DNA from: an uncultured Candidatus Micrarchaeota archaeon
GTDB lineage: Archaea; Micrarchaeota; Micrarchaeia; Anstonellales; Bilamarchaeaceae
Direction: 5' to 3'
Assembly: GCA_963791815.1 (NCBI GenBank)
Contig: CAWBTT010000002.1
Location: forward strand, 346,727 to 410,726
DNA length: 64,000 nt
Shown here: piece by piece, positions 52,181-62,315 of the stretch
Layout of the letters: every line of letters begins with the position of its first letter
How positions within the stretch are numbered: position 1 is the first letter of the stretch
Notes under the pieces: model-generated
Seen by the model: only the letters and a program-made list of their open reading frames with translations
The model's database searches: none
Told to the model about the DNA's origin: nothing
Made by a program: the position numbers and the translations under genes

Positions 52181-54550
52181 ATGGTCAGGAAAAAGGCCCA
52201 TTTCATTGACGCCAGTTACACTGTTAGGAATGGCAAGACATATGTTTCACTACTCCTCAAGGGAAAGAAAACTGTAAGGCTCTACCTCCAGCACGACCCA
52301 TATTTCCTTGTAGATGGGCCATTGGACAAGATTGACCAGTTCATGGACATAGAGGCCCCAAGAGTAAGCGGAGAGCTTACTTCACCATTGAAAGTGGAAG
52401 AGATTGAGAAACAGATTGGGCTTGAGAAAAAGAAGCTAATCAAGGTTTATTGCAAGATTCCTGCAGACGTTCCGATAATCAGGCAGAGGGTGCCTTTCAA
52501 GTGCTATGAGTACAGCATCCCCTTTGCAAGAAGATTCCTCTATGATATGCAGATTTCTCCGTTCGATATAGTCACATATGAACGTGAGGAAAGGATAATC
52601 AAGAAGATTGTGAAAATTGAGACACCGGCAAAGCCCCCAGTCCTGAAAACCATGGCATTTGATATTGAAACCTACAACCCGGCAGGAGTTCCAAGAGAAA
52701 GCAAGGACCCGATAATCATGATAAGTTATGCCGGTGAGAAGAAGGGCGTATTGTCATTTAAGGAATCAAAAAACGAATTTGTCCAGACTTTGAAAACCGA
52801 GAAAGAGATAATTGAGAAATTCTGTGAAATTATCAAAGAAGAAGACCCGGATGTGCTCTTTGGCTACAACTCAGCCCAGTTCGACCTCCCGTACCTGCAG
52901 GAAAGAGCCAATGTGCTGCACACCAGGCTGGAAATCGGAAGGTTTGGGGCCGGAATCCGCGCCCTGAAAAGGGGTCTGATAAAGGGCATGGAAGTCAAGA
53001 ACCGTGTCCATGTTGACCTTTACCCGATAATGAGGATGTTCGGTTTCATTGGAATCATCAAAGCGCAGAAATTCAGGCTCAATGACATTGCCCAGGAAGT
53101 TCTTGGGAAGGAGAAAGAAGATGTCAAAAAAGATGAAATCTGGCAGCTTTGGGATAAAGGAGAGATAGATCACCTAAGCAAATACTCTCTGGTCGATTCA
53201 GAACTGACAGAAGAGCTTGGAGAAAGGTTCCTTCCAATTGAAGTTGAAATATCAGGGGTCGCTAAAATGCCCCTTTTCCAGACGACAATGGCAACCAGCG
53301 GCCAACTGGTCGAGAGTCTGCTCATGTTCAACGCATCAAAAAGGAATATGCTCATCCCGCCAAGACCAAGCGGAGATAAAATCTTCGAAAGAACCAACGC
53401 CCCAATACAGGGAGCTTTTGTGAAACTTCCTGAGCCTGGGATATATGACAATGTAGCTGTTCTGGACTTTAGGGGATTGTATCCCTCAATCATTATCTCA
53501 TACAATATTGACCCTGAAACCCTGGTTGAGGAAGGGGAAGGGCATGTTTCACCAACAGGGGCTAAGTTCACCCAAAAAGAGGTTGGGCTTGTTCCTGGTG
53601 TCCTTGATTATCTTGTTGATATGAGGACGAAAATCAAGGGAAATCTCAAAAAACTTGACAAATCAAGCGATGAGTATGTACGGATGAGCGCAAGGAGCCA
53701 GGCCCTCAAGATTCTGGCCAATTCATTCTATGGGTATCTTGGATATGCAAGGTCAAGGTGGTATTCAAGGCCATGCGCTGAAAGTGTAACTGCCTGGGGA
53801 AGAAAACATATTTCAGAAACAATTGAAAGGGCTGAGAAAAAAGGTTTCCAGGTGCTTTATGCTGATACTGATTCTGTTTTCCTGATTTACAAGCAGAGGC
53901 AGAGCGTTATTGATTTCATGGATGAAGTGAACGCGAGCCTCCCTGAAAAGATGGAACTTGAATTGGAAGGTTTCTATCCTCGTGGGGTTTTCGTGAGCAA
54001 GAAAGGCGGCGGAGAACGGGGCGCAAAAAAGAAATATGCCCTTATTGGCGAGGATGGGAGAATCAAGATTCGTGGCTTTGAGCTGGTCCGAAGGGATTGG
54101 TCATCTGTTGCCAAGGATACCCAATTGAAGGTTCTTGAGGCAATACTAAAAGAGGGCAGCAAGGAAAAGGCCGCCAAGATTGTGCGGGATATGATTAAGG
54201 AGCTGCAAACAGGGAAGGTCCCTCTTGAACGGCTCGCAATCAGCACGCAGATTAAGAAGAGTCCGAAAAACTATGAAATCAAGAGTCCTGAGATTTCTGC
54301 TGCGAAAAAGATGCTAAGGGCAGGAATTCCTGTCGAAAAAGGGAGTGTGATTTCCTATGTCATTGGAAAAGCAGGAAAAACCATTTCTGAAAAGGCCGAG
54401 CCTTTAGAAATGGCCAAGGATTATGATACTGATTATTACATTGACCATCAGCTGCTTCCTGCGGTCATGAAAATCATGAAGGAACTCGGCTACGACGAGT
54501 ATAGTATGCGCCACGGTGGGAAGCAGGAGAGTCTTGACTCGTTTTTCTGA
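52181..54550 (+). CDS. polB: Family B DNA polymerase
   Basis: 789 aa. Exo motifs (FDIET, YNSAQFDLPYL). Pol motifs DFRGLYPSII, KILANSFYGY, YADTDS. C-terminal PIP box QESLDSFF. No intein. Confidence 0.97.
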   Translation: MVRKKAHFIDASYTVRNGKTYVSLLLKGKKTVRLYLQHDPYFLVDGPLDKIDQFMDIEAPRVSGELTSPLKVEEIEKQIGLEKKKLIKVYCKIPADVPIIRQRVPFKCYEYSIPFARRFLYDMQISPFDIVTYEREERIIKKIVKIETPAKPPVLKTMAFDIETYNPAGVPRESKDPIIMISYAGEKKGVLSFKESKNEFVQTLKTEKEIIEKFCEIIKEEDPDVLFGYNSAQFDLPYLQERANVLHTRLEIGRFGAGIRALKRGLIKGMEVKNRVHVDLYPIMRMFGFIGIIKAQKFRLNDIAQEVLGKEKEDVKKDEIWQLWDKGEIDHLSKYSLVDSELTEELGERFLPIEVEISGVAKMPLFQTTMATSGQLVESLLMFNASKRNMLIPPRPSGDKIFERTNAPIQGAFVKLPEPGIYDNVAVLDFRGLYPSIIISYNIDPETLVEEGEGHVSPTGAKFTQKEVGLVPGVLDYLVDMRTKIKGNLKKLDKSSDEYVRMSARSQALKILANSFYGYLGYARSRWYSRPCAESVTAWGRKHISETIERAEKKGFQVLYADTDSVFLIYKQRQSVIDFMDEVNASLPEKMELELEGFYPRGVFVSKKGGGERGAKKKYALIGEDGRIKIRGFELVRRDWSSVAKDTQLKVLEAILKEGSKEKAAKIVRDMIKELQTGKVPLERLAISTQIKKSPKNYEIKSPEISAAKKMLRAGIPVEKGSVISYVIGKAGKTISEKAEPLEMAKDYDTDYYIDHQLLPAVMKIMKELGYDEYSMRHGGKQESLDSFF

Positions 54551-54657
54551 GACCATCACACGCGCCATAGTTATAATCAGCATATAGTAATGTTTATGAT
54601 AGAATAGAACTCGCATTCCCCTGAATTATTAAAAAGAACACTCCAGATAGAATAAGT

Positions 54658-55011
54658 ATGGTACGCACGGCCGCAAGGAAAAGAAAAGAAGGTCTTAGAG
54701 AAAGATTCAACCAATTTCTTGATGAAGTGTTCACAGCAGGACCAAGTTTCTCAATGGAAACCATAAGACGGTATGAGACTGCGGCTATTGAGGCCAGAGG
54801 AAGGGAGATGATGCGTGAGAGCACTCCCAGAAGAAGTGAAAGCGAGATTGGGGAATTGGTTTTCAGGCGTGTCGAAGCAACCGGAATGGGCGAGATTAAC
54901 AAGCACATGACCGATGAGGCAATTGAAGCCGCAATCAACCTGGGGGAGAGGTTTGAACTCTCAGCAACCGGTGGAAGACGACTCAGTATACGTGAATGGG
55001 TGAGAAGCTAA
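54658..55011 (+). CDS. Small hypothetical protein
   Basis: 117-aa ORF with a basic N-terminus. TAATG overlap with the next ORF. Confidence 0.4.
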   Translation: MVRTAARKRKEGLRERFNQFLDEVFTAGPSFSMETIRRYETAAIEARGREMMRESTPRRSESEIGELVFRRVEATGMGEINKHMTDEAIEAAINLGERFELSATGGRRLSIREWVRS

Positions 55012-55355
55012 TGGTATCACTTGACCTTCTCGATGAACCGAATAAGAAGAAGATTCTCAAAGTCTGGAAAGAAATGAGCGACAATGACAAGGCCCATTTC
55101 ATCAACCAGGTAGCACTTGGCCTGAGCATATGGGGAAGCGACCCGAAAGGAAAAAAGGTGGTCGTGGAAATTCTGAAAATCATGAGCAGCAATGGAAGTG
55201 GAACGCTCGCTGATTTCGGTCTTTATGTTGAGGAAGCGGTCGGAGCGCGAGGAACATCCGGGATGGATGACAAAATAAAGAGAGCCGCTCTGATAATCGA
55301 AGGATACAGAATCAAGAACTCGCTCCCCTCAGAACCGCACAGGGAGCTCTTCTGA
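54996..55355 (+). CDS. Small hypothetical protein
   Basis: 119-aa ORF. More likely starts at the ATG at 55011 (MVSLDLLDEPNKKK), overlapping the previous stop. Confidence 0.4.
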   Translation: MGEKLMVSLDLLDEPNKKKILKVWKEMSDNDKAHFINQVALGLSIWGSDPKGKKVVVEILKIMSSNGSGTLADFGLYVEEAVGARGTSGMDDKIKRAALIIEGYRIKNSLPSEPHRELF

Positions 55356-55371
55356 TTTTACAGGGATTTCA

Positions 55372-56454
55372 ATGAAACTCTGCCAAGTATGCAACAGTGC
55401 AAACAGTGGTTTTTTCGAAGAGGGCGAGTGTGAGATTTGCGAGGGGAAAGCCCTCCTTACAGAGGATATGATAAAACAGGCAGCACAGCTTCTCAAGGAT
55501 GGAAAAACATTCTGCATATCAACAAAAATCCCCAAGGACTGGCTGGCTCGGGAAGAGAAGGCCTGGGATGTAAAACTTGGCAATTCTGAAAGCATAAAGA
55601 ATCGGCTTAACAGGATGGTAAAGGGCAGGCTCTCAGAAGTGGCCAAATATCAGAATGATGGGGATGTGAGAGTCATATTCAATTATTCTGATGGAAATGT
55701 CTCCCTCCTTAGGAATGACTTATTCATATTCGGAAGGTACCTGAAGCACGCATCAGGGCTATCCCAAAGCAGGTGGCGCTGCAGGGCTTGCCAGGGAAAA
55801 GGATGCAACGAATGCAATGGAAAAGGCAAATACTATGTTTCTGTTGAGGAGAAGATTGGGGGCCCTTTGAAGGAACTAGCACAATCAGATGATTATGTTC
55901 TGCACGCATCAGGACGGGAGGATGTGGATGCGACCAACAGCGCTGGAAGGATTTTCGTAATCATGCTGAAAAACCCTAAAATACGAGAGATTGATTTGGA
56001 AGATGCTGCGAAAAAAATCGCCGAATCCGAGGAGGTCTCGGTAAAGGGACTGAAATTCGTGAAAAGGGGATTTGTCGAGGTTGTTACTGAGTCGCATTTT
56101 GACAAGACATACGCCGCAGAGACTGAGTTTGGGAAAGAACTTGAAATCCAGGATATTGAAAAAATCCATTCGCTTGCAGGAGTAATGATTGCCCAAAGAA
56201 CCCCGACTAGAGTATCGCACAGGAGAGCGGACCTAGTCAGGAACAGAAAGCTGAAGGTAGTTGAAGTAGTAAAGCACAAAGGAAACCGCGCAACAATCAT
56301 CATAAAGGCAGAGGCAGGAACCTACATTAAAGAGCTGATTTCAGGGGATGAAGGGAGGACAGAACCAAGTATTGCTGGACTTCTGGAAACCAGTGCAAAA
56401 TGCACTGCTCTAGATGTGTCAGAAATAGATGATGGGTTTATAGACCTCTTCTAA
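55372..56454 (+). CDS. pus10: tRNA pseudouridine(54/55) synthase Pus10
   Basis: 360 aa. N-terminal Zn ribbon CQVCNS...CEIC and a second cluster CRACQGKGCNECNGKG. Catalytic SGREDVD. TPTRVSHRR. Confidence 0.85.
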   Translation: MKLCQVCNSANSGFFEEGECEICEGKALLTEDMIKQAAQLLKDGKTFCISTKIPKDWLAREEKAWDVKLGNSESIKNRLNRMVKGRLSEVAKYQNDGDVRVIFNYSDGNVSLLRNDLFIFGRYLKHASGLSQSRWRCRACQGKGCNECNGKGKYYVSVEEKIGGPLKELAQSDDYVLHASGREDVDATNSAGRIFVIMLKNPKIREIDLEDAAKKIAESEEVSVKGLKFVKRGFVEVVTESHFDKTYAAETEFGKELEIQDIEKIHSLAGVMIAQRTPTRVSHRRADLVRNRKLKVVEVVKHKGNRATIIIKAEAGTYIKELISGDEGRTEPSIAGLLETSAKCTALDVSEIDDGFIDLF

Positions 56455-57110
56455 GCCCCATATTTTTTCATGTATTCGAGGTATTTGTTGTACGTGTTCT
56501 CGCTGACATAGGTTTTCCCATCAACAGGGGTTGCCTTCAGGTGCTCGAAAATATTCTTGATGTTCTCAATTGAGTGGACTGGTATCCCGGTTTGCTCAGT
56601 GAACTCCTCAACTGCTGTTTTGGAAGTCACCTTCTCAACACGGTCGACTGCGATTATCACTCCGATAAGCTTCGCGTTCAGTGAGGACTTGATTTTCTCA
56701 ATTGCCTCCACTTTGGTGCCACCAGTCGTCATAACATCATCGACCAGGATTACCCTTGCCCCATCATCGACATTTCCGCCGACGAATGCACCTCGGTCTC
56801 CATGGAGCTTCCTCTCTTTCCGATCAAAAATCCACGGCTTGTTCATGCCATATTCTTTCTGGAGGGCGATGCATGTTGCAACTGCCAGAGGGATTCCCTT
56901 GTATGCCGGACCGTAAACCGCATCGAAATTATCGCCGAACTGCTCCTTGATTTTCGCAGCGTAATACCTGCCAAGTTCATATGTGAGCATTCCGTCTGCC
57001 AATACTCCAGTACTTATGAAATATGGAGATTCTCTCCCGCTTTTGAGCACGAATTCGCCGAATTTCACGGCTCCGGATTTGGCCAGGAACTCTATGAATG
57101 CTGTGTTCAT
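56451..57110 (-). CDS. pyrE: Orotate phosphoribosyltransferase
   Basis: 219 aa. PRPP loop VILVDDVMTTGGTK. Confidence 0.9.
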   Translation of the reverse strand: MNTAFIEFLAKSGAVKFGEFVLKSGRESPYFISTGVLADGMLTYELGRYYAAKIKEQFGDNFDAVYGPAYKGIPLAVATCIALQKEYGMNKPWIFDRKERKLHGDRGAFVGGNVDDGARVILVDDVMTTGGTKVEAIEKIKSSLNAKLIGVIIAVDRVEKVTSKTAVEEFTEQTGIPVHSIENIKNIFEHLKATPVDGKTYVSENTYNKYLEYMKKYGA

Positions 57111-57868
57111 CTTTTCGCACCCTCGCGAACGGCTTTCACCATGTCCTGGATTTTCTTGACAGAGCCTTCCTTCTCAAAGGCAGTTCCGACCTGGATAATG
57201 TCAGCCCCTGCCTTGATTACTGATTTTGCCTGCGCTGGAGTTCGGATTCCGCCGGCTGCTATGTATGGAATATCAATTGCGGATTTCACGGTCTTCACCA
57301 TGTCTAGGGGAATGTGCCCTGACTCGGGGTTGCTTCCAGCATCAGTTATGAAGAAACGGAATCCCATGTACTGGGCAGCCATTCCAAATGCGGCTGCTAT
57401 CTGGGGCTTGGTTCTCGGGATTCTTTTCGCATCCCCTACCCAGCCAACTGTTCCGCCAGGCTCAACCACGACATAGGCAACCGGAAGCGGCTCAATATCA
57501 TAGTGTTTCAATGTCGGAGCAGCCAGCATCTGCGCCTCGCTTATCCAGTAGGTGTTTCTTGAATTCAGCATTGACATGAAATAGACTGCGTCGGCGTGTT
57601 TTGTGAGTGTGCCGATATTTCCTGGGAAAAGAACCACTGGACTTGAGACTGCCTGCTTAATCTCTTTTGTAACCGTATCCAGAACCTCACCCTGGACTCC
57701 GGTGCTTCCACCAATCAGTATGACATCTGCGCCTCCCTCATCAGCGTTGCTCGCGGTTTTGACCGCATCCTCAAGTGAACTGTAATCAAGCGGGTCTATG
57801 AGTGCAAAGAGAAGACCCTTCTTTTTGTCAAGCTCATCAAGTATGTATTTTTCCACCTTCATAATCAA
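57107..57868 (-). CDS. Geranylgeranylglyceryl phosphate synthase (PcrB/GGGPS family)
   Basis: 253 aa. ALIDPLD, ILIGGSTGV, and C-terminal GGIRTPAQAK...GADIIQVGTAFE. Confidence 0.85.
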   Translation of the reverse strand: MIMKVEKYILDELDKKKGLLFALIDPLDYSSLEDAVKTASNADEGGADVILIGGSTGVQGEVLDTVTKEIKQAVSSPVVLFPGNIGTLTKHADAVYFMSMLNSRNTYWISEAQMLAAPTLKHYDIEPLPVAYVVVEPGGTVGWVGDAKRIPRTKPQIAAAFGMAAQYMGFRFFITDAGSNPESGHIPLDMVKTVKSAIDIPYIAAGGIRTPAQAKSVIKAGADIIQVGTAFEKEGSVKKIQDMVKAVREGAKR

Positions 57869-58932
57869 GAAACTCCTGCGATATTCTTTAGAACATGCGT
57901 AATCAGGCCTGGGCCCACCATTTTTGTGGGTTTATCCATATGTCCATGGTTGGAAAGGAACTGACCGCATCTCATGCGGTTGAGTTTTCCGCCCAATGCG
58001 CGAAGGCCTTCTTCGCTAAGTGATGAAAGATGATTGCTAATTGCCCTGTGGATTGCAAGGTCGGTTCCATAACGAAGGCGCCACTCAAGTTCATACCTCT
58101 GCGGGTTTGCCGCGTATTTTCCTGCCAATGCAGCGCAGTTTCCGCCGAAGATGACCCCGCCTCCGGTAGTTGCCTTGACCTGGCCGGCAGCATCGCCCAC
58201 TAACAGTATTTTCCGCTTTCCTTTTCTGAGCGCGGTCTTTGGCCTTGCATCAAGAGGAATCGACCATCCCCGCGGCTTTGTCCATGGGATGTTTTTCATC
58301 TTTAGCAGTCTTTCCCAGGAAGCAAGAGGATTTCCAGGCATTGAGACTCCAACGCCAATCTCGGCAGTTTCTTCATTTTGAGGTATAACCCAGCCAAAAA
58401 GGCCAGGGAACATTTCTGATGAGAGGAAAACTTCAACGATGTGCGGATTCTCATTATGGAGAGGAACCGTTGCCTGGAGGGTTGCTGCATATTGCCGGAT
58501 TCTGCCCATGTTGAAATTCATTGCAACTGAGGACGTTGGGCCGTCAGCTCCTATGACGGTTTCTGAAAGATAGTTCTTTCCAATCCTCTGCCCATAGTTT
58601 ATTGCAGCCCCTTCGGATTCTGCGTTTGTTGCGAGAATTGAATCAAGGATTGAGCGGCTGCAGACAAAACCAACAGGCTCTTCGCGCCGGACTTTCAGTT
58701 TAGTTCCGGCAAAATAGATATCTGCGCCTTTGATAGTATTGATTACGGATTTCCGATAATCAAAAAACGAAGACAGCGACTCAAATCCGTCCTTTGAAAA
58801 AAGCCCGGAGCAGTTCTCAGGTATACCAGCGCCAGCATGCTCCTCTGACATCACTACTTCGTGGCCTGAACGTAGCGCACTGAGTGCTGCTATTGAGCCT
58901 GCGGGACCTGCCCCGACCACATGGACTTTCAT
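57865..58932 (-). CDS. Geranylgeranyl reductase-family flavoprotein (digeranylgeranylglycerophospholipid reductase-like)
   Basis: 355 aa. VVGAGPAGSIAA FAD motif and LVGDAAGQVKATTGGG. Confidence 0.85.
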   Translation of the reverse strand: MKVHVVGAGPAGSIAALSALRSGHEVVMSEEHAGAGIPENCSGLFSKDGFESLSSFFDYRKSVINTIKGADIYFAGTKLKVRREEPVGFVCSRSILDSILATNAESEGAAINYGQRIGKNYLSETVIGADGPTSSVAMNFNMGRIRQYAATLQATVPLHNENPHIVEVFLSSEMFPGLFGWVIPQNEETAEIGVGVSMPGNPLASWERLLKMKNIPWTKPRGWSIPLDARPKTALRKGKRKILLVGDAAGQVKATTGGGVIFGGNCAALAGKYAANPQRYELEWRLRYGTDLAIHRAISNHLSSLSEEGLRALGGKLNRMRCGQFLSNHGHMDKPTKMVGPGLITHVLKNIAGVS

Positions 58933-60119
58933 CGGATATTACCCCAAAACGCCGTCAGGAGGATGAGCAGGAGCAGGGCAGTTGGGATGCATGATGAATT
59001 TCCTTTAGCCTGCACGTTCTTTTCCTCCACAAGGTCATTGAAATGTATTGAAACTGGTATGCTGTATGTATGGGAATTATTGAAAAGCGAATAGTTCAGG
59101 CCATGATACCGGAGCTGATTTCCGTTTGGTTCAAGGATAACGACCGAGGTGCCGCTGGAGCCATATTCTTCAGGAACTGAAAACGAATACGCGCCAAAGG
59201 CATAGCGCTCTTCTGTGTTTGTGATATTTACTGAGACGAGGTAGGATTCTGGCTCAAAGGACATTGTCATATTGATATGGTCGGAATCATTCCCAATACT
59301 GTGCTTTGTCAATTTATCATCAACAGTGAGTGTGGAGTTAGTGTTCTGAGAAAGAAGAACATCGGATGTTGAGAGCTGGTCACCCCCTGAACTGATTGCC
59401 AGGTGGGTGCTGTCAAGGTCTCCGACCTGGCCCAATGTGGCGTCAGCTGAAATCCAGCCGTTTCCAGGGATTTCGATTTCTGCCCATGCATGCGGCTGCC
59501 ACCCATCAACATATACGTATCCGCTGACATAGCGGGTCTCGAAACCAAGGGAACGGGCCATGGAAATCAGGAGGTGCGTGTACTGGACGCAGACCCCCCT
59601 CTTTTCACTGAAAACTTCTGATGCGTTCTTTACTTTGTCCCAGTATGAATCGTCATATTTGACAGCGCCATTCACCCAATTGACCAGTTTGACGATAGTC
59701 GTCAGGGATGAATTTGACTCTGCAAGTGATAGTGCCTGTGAGGAAATCGCATAATCATAGCCAGTAAGCTCTGAGGGTTTTACCTGCCCTTGGGGGAGCT
59801 TGGAATCATAAGTGATATTTGGCATGAAATCGACTTCTACAGTGGCCTTCCCAGTGACCACAAGTTCAGACTGGTTGATTGGTCCGCGGTAACGTATCCA
59901 GAGTGTGCCGGATTCATCAGTCAGTGTTTCTGCCCCAGGCGAAATCTCAAAGGAGATGATGTCCTGGTTGCTGCCATTGACTGCGAGGGCCCCTTTGAAA
60001 TCAATCGGACCGCCACCATCATTTATTGTCCATGTTCTCTCGATTGTAAGTTTGGACTGCCCAAAGATGGCAAATGATAATGAAAGAAAAAGAAGGAGAA
60101 GAAAAATTCTGCGCATCAA
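58929..60119 (-). CDS. Transglutaminase-like domain surface protein
   Basis: 396 aa. Signal peptide. RGVCVQYTHLLISMARSLG...HAWAEI (Cys-His core). C-terminal TM. Confidence 0.8.
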   Translation of the reverse strand: MMRRIFLLLLFLSLSFAIFGQSKLTIERTWTINDGGGPIDFKGALAVNGSNQDIISFEISPGAETLTDESGTLWIRYRGPINQSELVVTGKATVEVDFMPNITYDSKLPQGQVKPSELTGYDYAISSQALSLAESNSSLTTIVKLVNWVNGAVKYDDSYWDKVKNASEVFSEKRGVCVQYTHLLISMARSLGFETRYVSGYVYVDGWQPHAWAEIEIPGNGWISADATLGQVGDLDSTHLAISSGGDQLSTSDVLLSQNTNSTLTVDDKLTKHSIGNDSDHINMTMSFEPESYLVSVNITNTEERYAFGAYSFSVPEEYGSSGTSVVILEPNGNQLRYHGLNYSLFNNSHTYSIPVSIHFNDLVEEKNVQAKGNSSCIPTALLLLILLTAFWGNIR

Positions 60120-61414
60120 ATCCCGCGAAGGGTGCGCATGTGCTCACACCTGCGCTCTACCAGCTTTGCTGTACCAATATCTTTCCTGTGCCAAAGCGGG
60201 CCTGTTATGTGTGTGCAGGCTGCTTCAGCGGTTTTTTCAGCTTCCTCAAGAGTTGCTGCTCTGCCCATTATTCCAAATGCACGTGAAGAGGTTGTCAGGA
60301 TGCGGCCGGATTCCTCATAGACTGAGGCGTAATAGATTTTGGCGCCGGTCTTCTCAAGCTCTGCGCTGTTAATGTCAACCTCCTGATCCTTTTTCGGGTC
60401 TTTTGGGTAGCCCTCAGGAACAAGATATTTCACGACAGTGCAGTCTTCGGAAAACTTCGGCGGCTGCATCTGTCCCTCTGCCATTGAAAGGAAAACATCA
60501 GTCAGGGAGCCTTCAAGCAGGGAAAGAACGTTCATTGCTTCCGGGTCCCCAAACCTGGCGTTGAACTCTATTAGTTTTACAGATTCTTTGGTTGCCATGA
60601 ACTGGCCGTAAAGGATTCCTTTGAATGGTGAGCCATCTTTTTTCAGAGCGCGCGCAGTGTCCTGTATGATTGCCTTGGCATCCGCAATATCTGATTCAGT
60701 CAAAAATGGAAGGATGTTCCCTGTGGTGTAGCTACCCATTCCGCCTGTGTTCGGCCCGCTGTCACCTTCATATGCCCTCTTGTGGTCCTGCACAGGAGGC
60801 ATGAGCGCAATCCTAGAGCCATCGCAAAATGCCTGGAGTGTGAATTCCTCGCCAACAAGTTTTTCCTCGATAAGAACGCTGCCATCCTTCTTGATAAGAG
60901 AATCCGCATATGCGATTTTCTCCTCAATGTTGACAAAGTGGTCGCCGCTGACCTTGACCCCTTTTCCCCCGGTTAAGCCTAGGGGCTTGATTGCAACCTG
61001 ACCATATTCCTTAATCAGCATCTCGGCAGTTTCAGCGTCAGTTGCTATCTCATGAAGAGGACGCCCGCCGACCTGGTGATTCTCATGAAGAGAACGCATG
61101 TATGATTTATCCCACTCAACCCTTGATGCTGCCTTTGATGGTGATGCGACCAGCATTCCACACTCAGAAAGAACATCACTGACTCCTGCTTCCAGCGTCG
61201 CATCAGGGCTTGAGAAACCAAGGTCAAAATCCTTTCCTTCAAGAACTGACTTCACTTCGTTTGGATTCTCAATATCACAAATCCAGTATTCTTTGGAGAG
61301 CTGGGCTATAGCCGGGTTTTTCTTTGACATCACTGCGTATAACTCGCAATCCTCTGCCAGCCTTTCGGCTATGACATGCTCTCTTGCTCCGTTTCCTACG
61401 AGAACTACTTTCAT
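60116..61414 (-). CDS. purD: Phosphoribosylamine-glycine ligase
   Basis: 432 aa. MKVVLVGNGAREH, ATP-grasp core, PNTGGMGSY. Confidence 0.93.
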   Translation of the reverse strand: MKVVLVGNGAREHVIAERLAEDCELYAVMSKKNPAIAQLSKEYWICDIENPNEVKSVLEGKDFDLGFSSPDATLEAGVSDVLSECGMLVASPSKAASRVEWDKSYMRSLHENHQVGGRPLHEIATDAETAEMLIKEYGQVAIKPLGLTGGKGVKVSGDHFVNIEEKIAYADSLIKKDGSVLIEEKLVGEEFTLQAFCDGSRIALMPPVQDHKRAYEGDSGPNTGGMGSYTTGNILPFLTESDIADAKAIIQDTARALKKDGSPFKGILYGQFMATKESVKLIEFNARFGDPEAMNVLSLLEGSLTDVFLSMAEGQMQPPKFSEDCTVVKYLVPEGYPKDPKKDQEVDINSAELEKTGAKIYYASVYEESGRILTTSSRAFGIMGRAATLEEAEKTAEAACTHITGPLWHRKDIGTAKLVERRCEHMRTLRGI

Positions 61415-61612
61415 TTATATCCGACCTACGAAAAGTTCTGAAATGGTATCCTTGAATGATTTTTTCATTGGTGCTTTGACTATGTAAGAGCGGGTATAAG
61501 GATATTGCTTAAGGATTTCAAAGGCAAAGAAGTATTCCTTGATTTCAACTTCCTGAGTTTCTTCAGATACGACTTTTTTCTTTGCAACCTTTGCCTTTTT
61601 CTTCCTGGGCAT
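61415..61612 (-). CDS. Small basic hypothetical protein
   Basis: 65 aa: MPRKKKAKVAKKK... Abuts both neighbours with no gap. Confidence 0.4.
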   Translation of the reverse strand: MPRKKKAKVAKKKVVSEETQEVEIKEYFFAFEILKQYPYTRSYIVKAPMKKSFKDTISELFVGRI

Positions 61613-62314
61613 TTAGACACGCCTCCGGATATATCCTTCGCGAATGAGCATCTCCAATCCTTCCTCTGCCCTGCTGATTGCAACAGAGTTGGCTTTTGAA
61701 AACTCACGGATGTCTATTGAGCCGCCGTGAACCTTCACCCATTCATAGAGAGATTCTTTGAGCAAATCATCGCTCATCCCGCTGAGCTGTGCCAGTTTCT
61801 TTGTCTGCTCATCCCTTTTCCGCTCGCATTCTAAGAGGATTCTTGTGTTCGCTTCGCTCGAGCGTACAAGGTCCTCGTATTTCTTCTCAAGGCTTGAGTA
61901 TTTTTCCTGAAGTTCTGAAAGCTGTGTTGAGAACTCAATTGCGTCCCGGTCAAGTATCTTTGAGACTTCTGAGAATACGGAATTGATGTCTGAGAATACC
62001 TGCGTAGGCTGAATCTCATAATAATCCTCAGCGACCTGGAGAATGTTCAGGAATGTTGGCATGAGGTTCATGAGCCTTGCCATCCGGTTCTTTTTCGCAG
62101 ATGCGCTGTAAACGAAGTTGATGGCTCCTGGGCCAAACTCGACCCGGTATTCAAGATATGGGATTCCTCGCAGGTCAGAGCCTTTGGTCTTCTCAATTGT
62201 GAGGCCCCCCTTAGTGTACGCGATTTTAGTAAAGCCAAGCCCGCTCATAAGCGCGGCTAAGCCTTTGAGGTTTTTCTTCTGTTTGCAGGTTACTGTGATT
62301 TTTTCCTCAGCCAT
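61613..62314 (-). CDS. Hypothetical coiled-coil protein with C-terminal winged-helix-like end
   Basis: 233 aa. Central coiled coil (LSELQEKYSSLEKKYEDLVRSSE). The C-terminal LYEWVKVHGGSIDIREFSKANSVAISRAEEGLEMLIREGYI looks wHTH-like. Confidence 0.45.
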   Translation of the reverse strand: MAEEKITVTCKQKKNLKGLAALMSGLGFTKIAYTKGGLTIEKTKGSDLRGIPYLEYRVEFGPGAINFVYSASAKKNRMARLMNLMPTFLNILQVAEDYYEIQPTQVFSDINSVFSEVSKILDRDAIEFSTQLSELQEKYSSLEKKYEDLVRSSEANTRILLECERKRDEQTKKLAQLSGMSDDLLKESLYEWVKVHGGSIDIREFSKANSVAISRAEEGLEMLIREGYIRRRV

Positions 62315-62315
62315 T

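Noticed and set aside
52181-54550. Intein in the family B polymerase
   Set aside because: The length (789 aa) and the contiguous Pol motifs (DFRGLYPSII, KILANSFYGY, YADTDS) leave no insertion.
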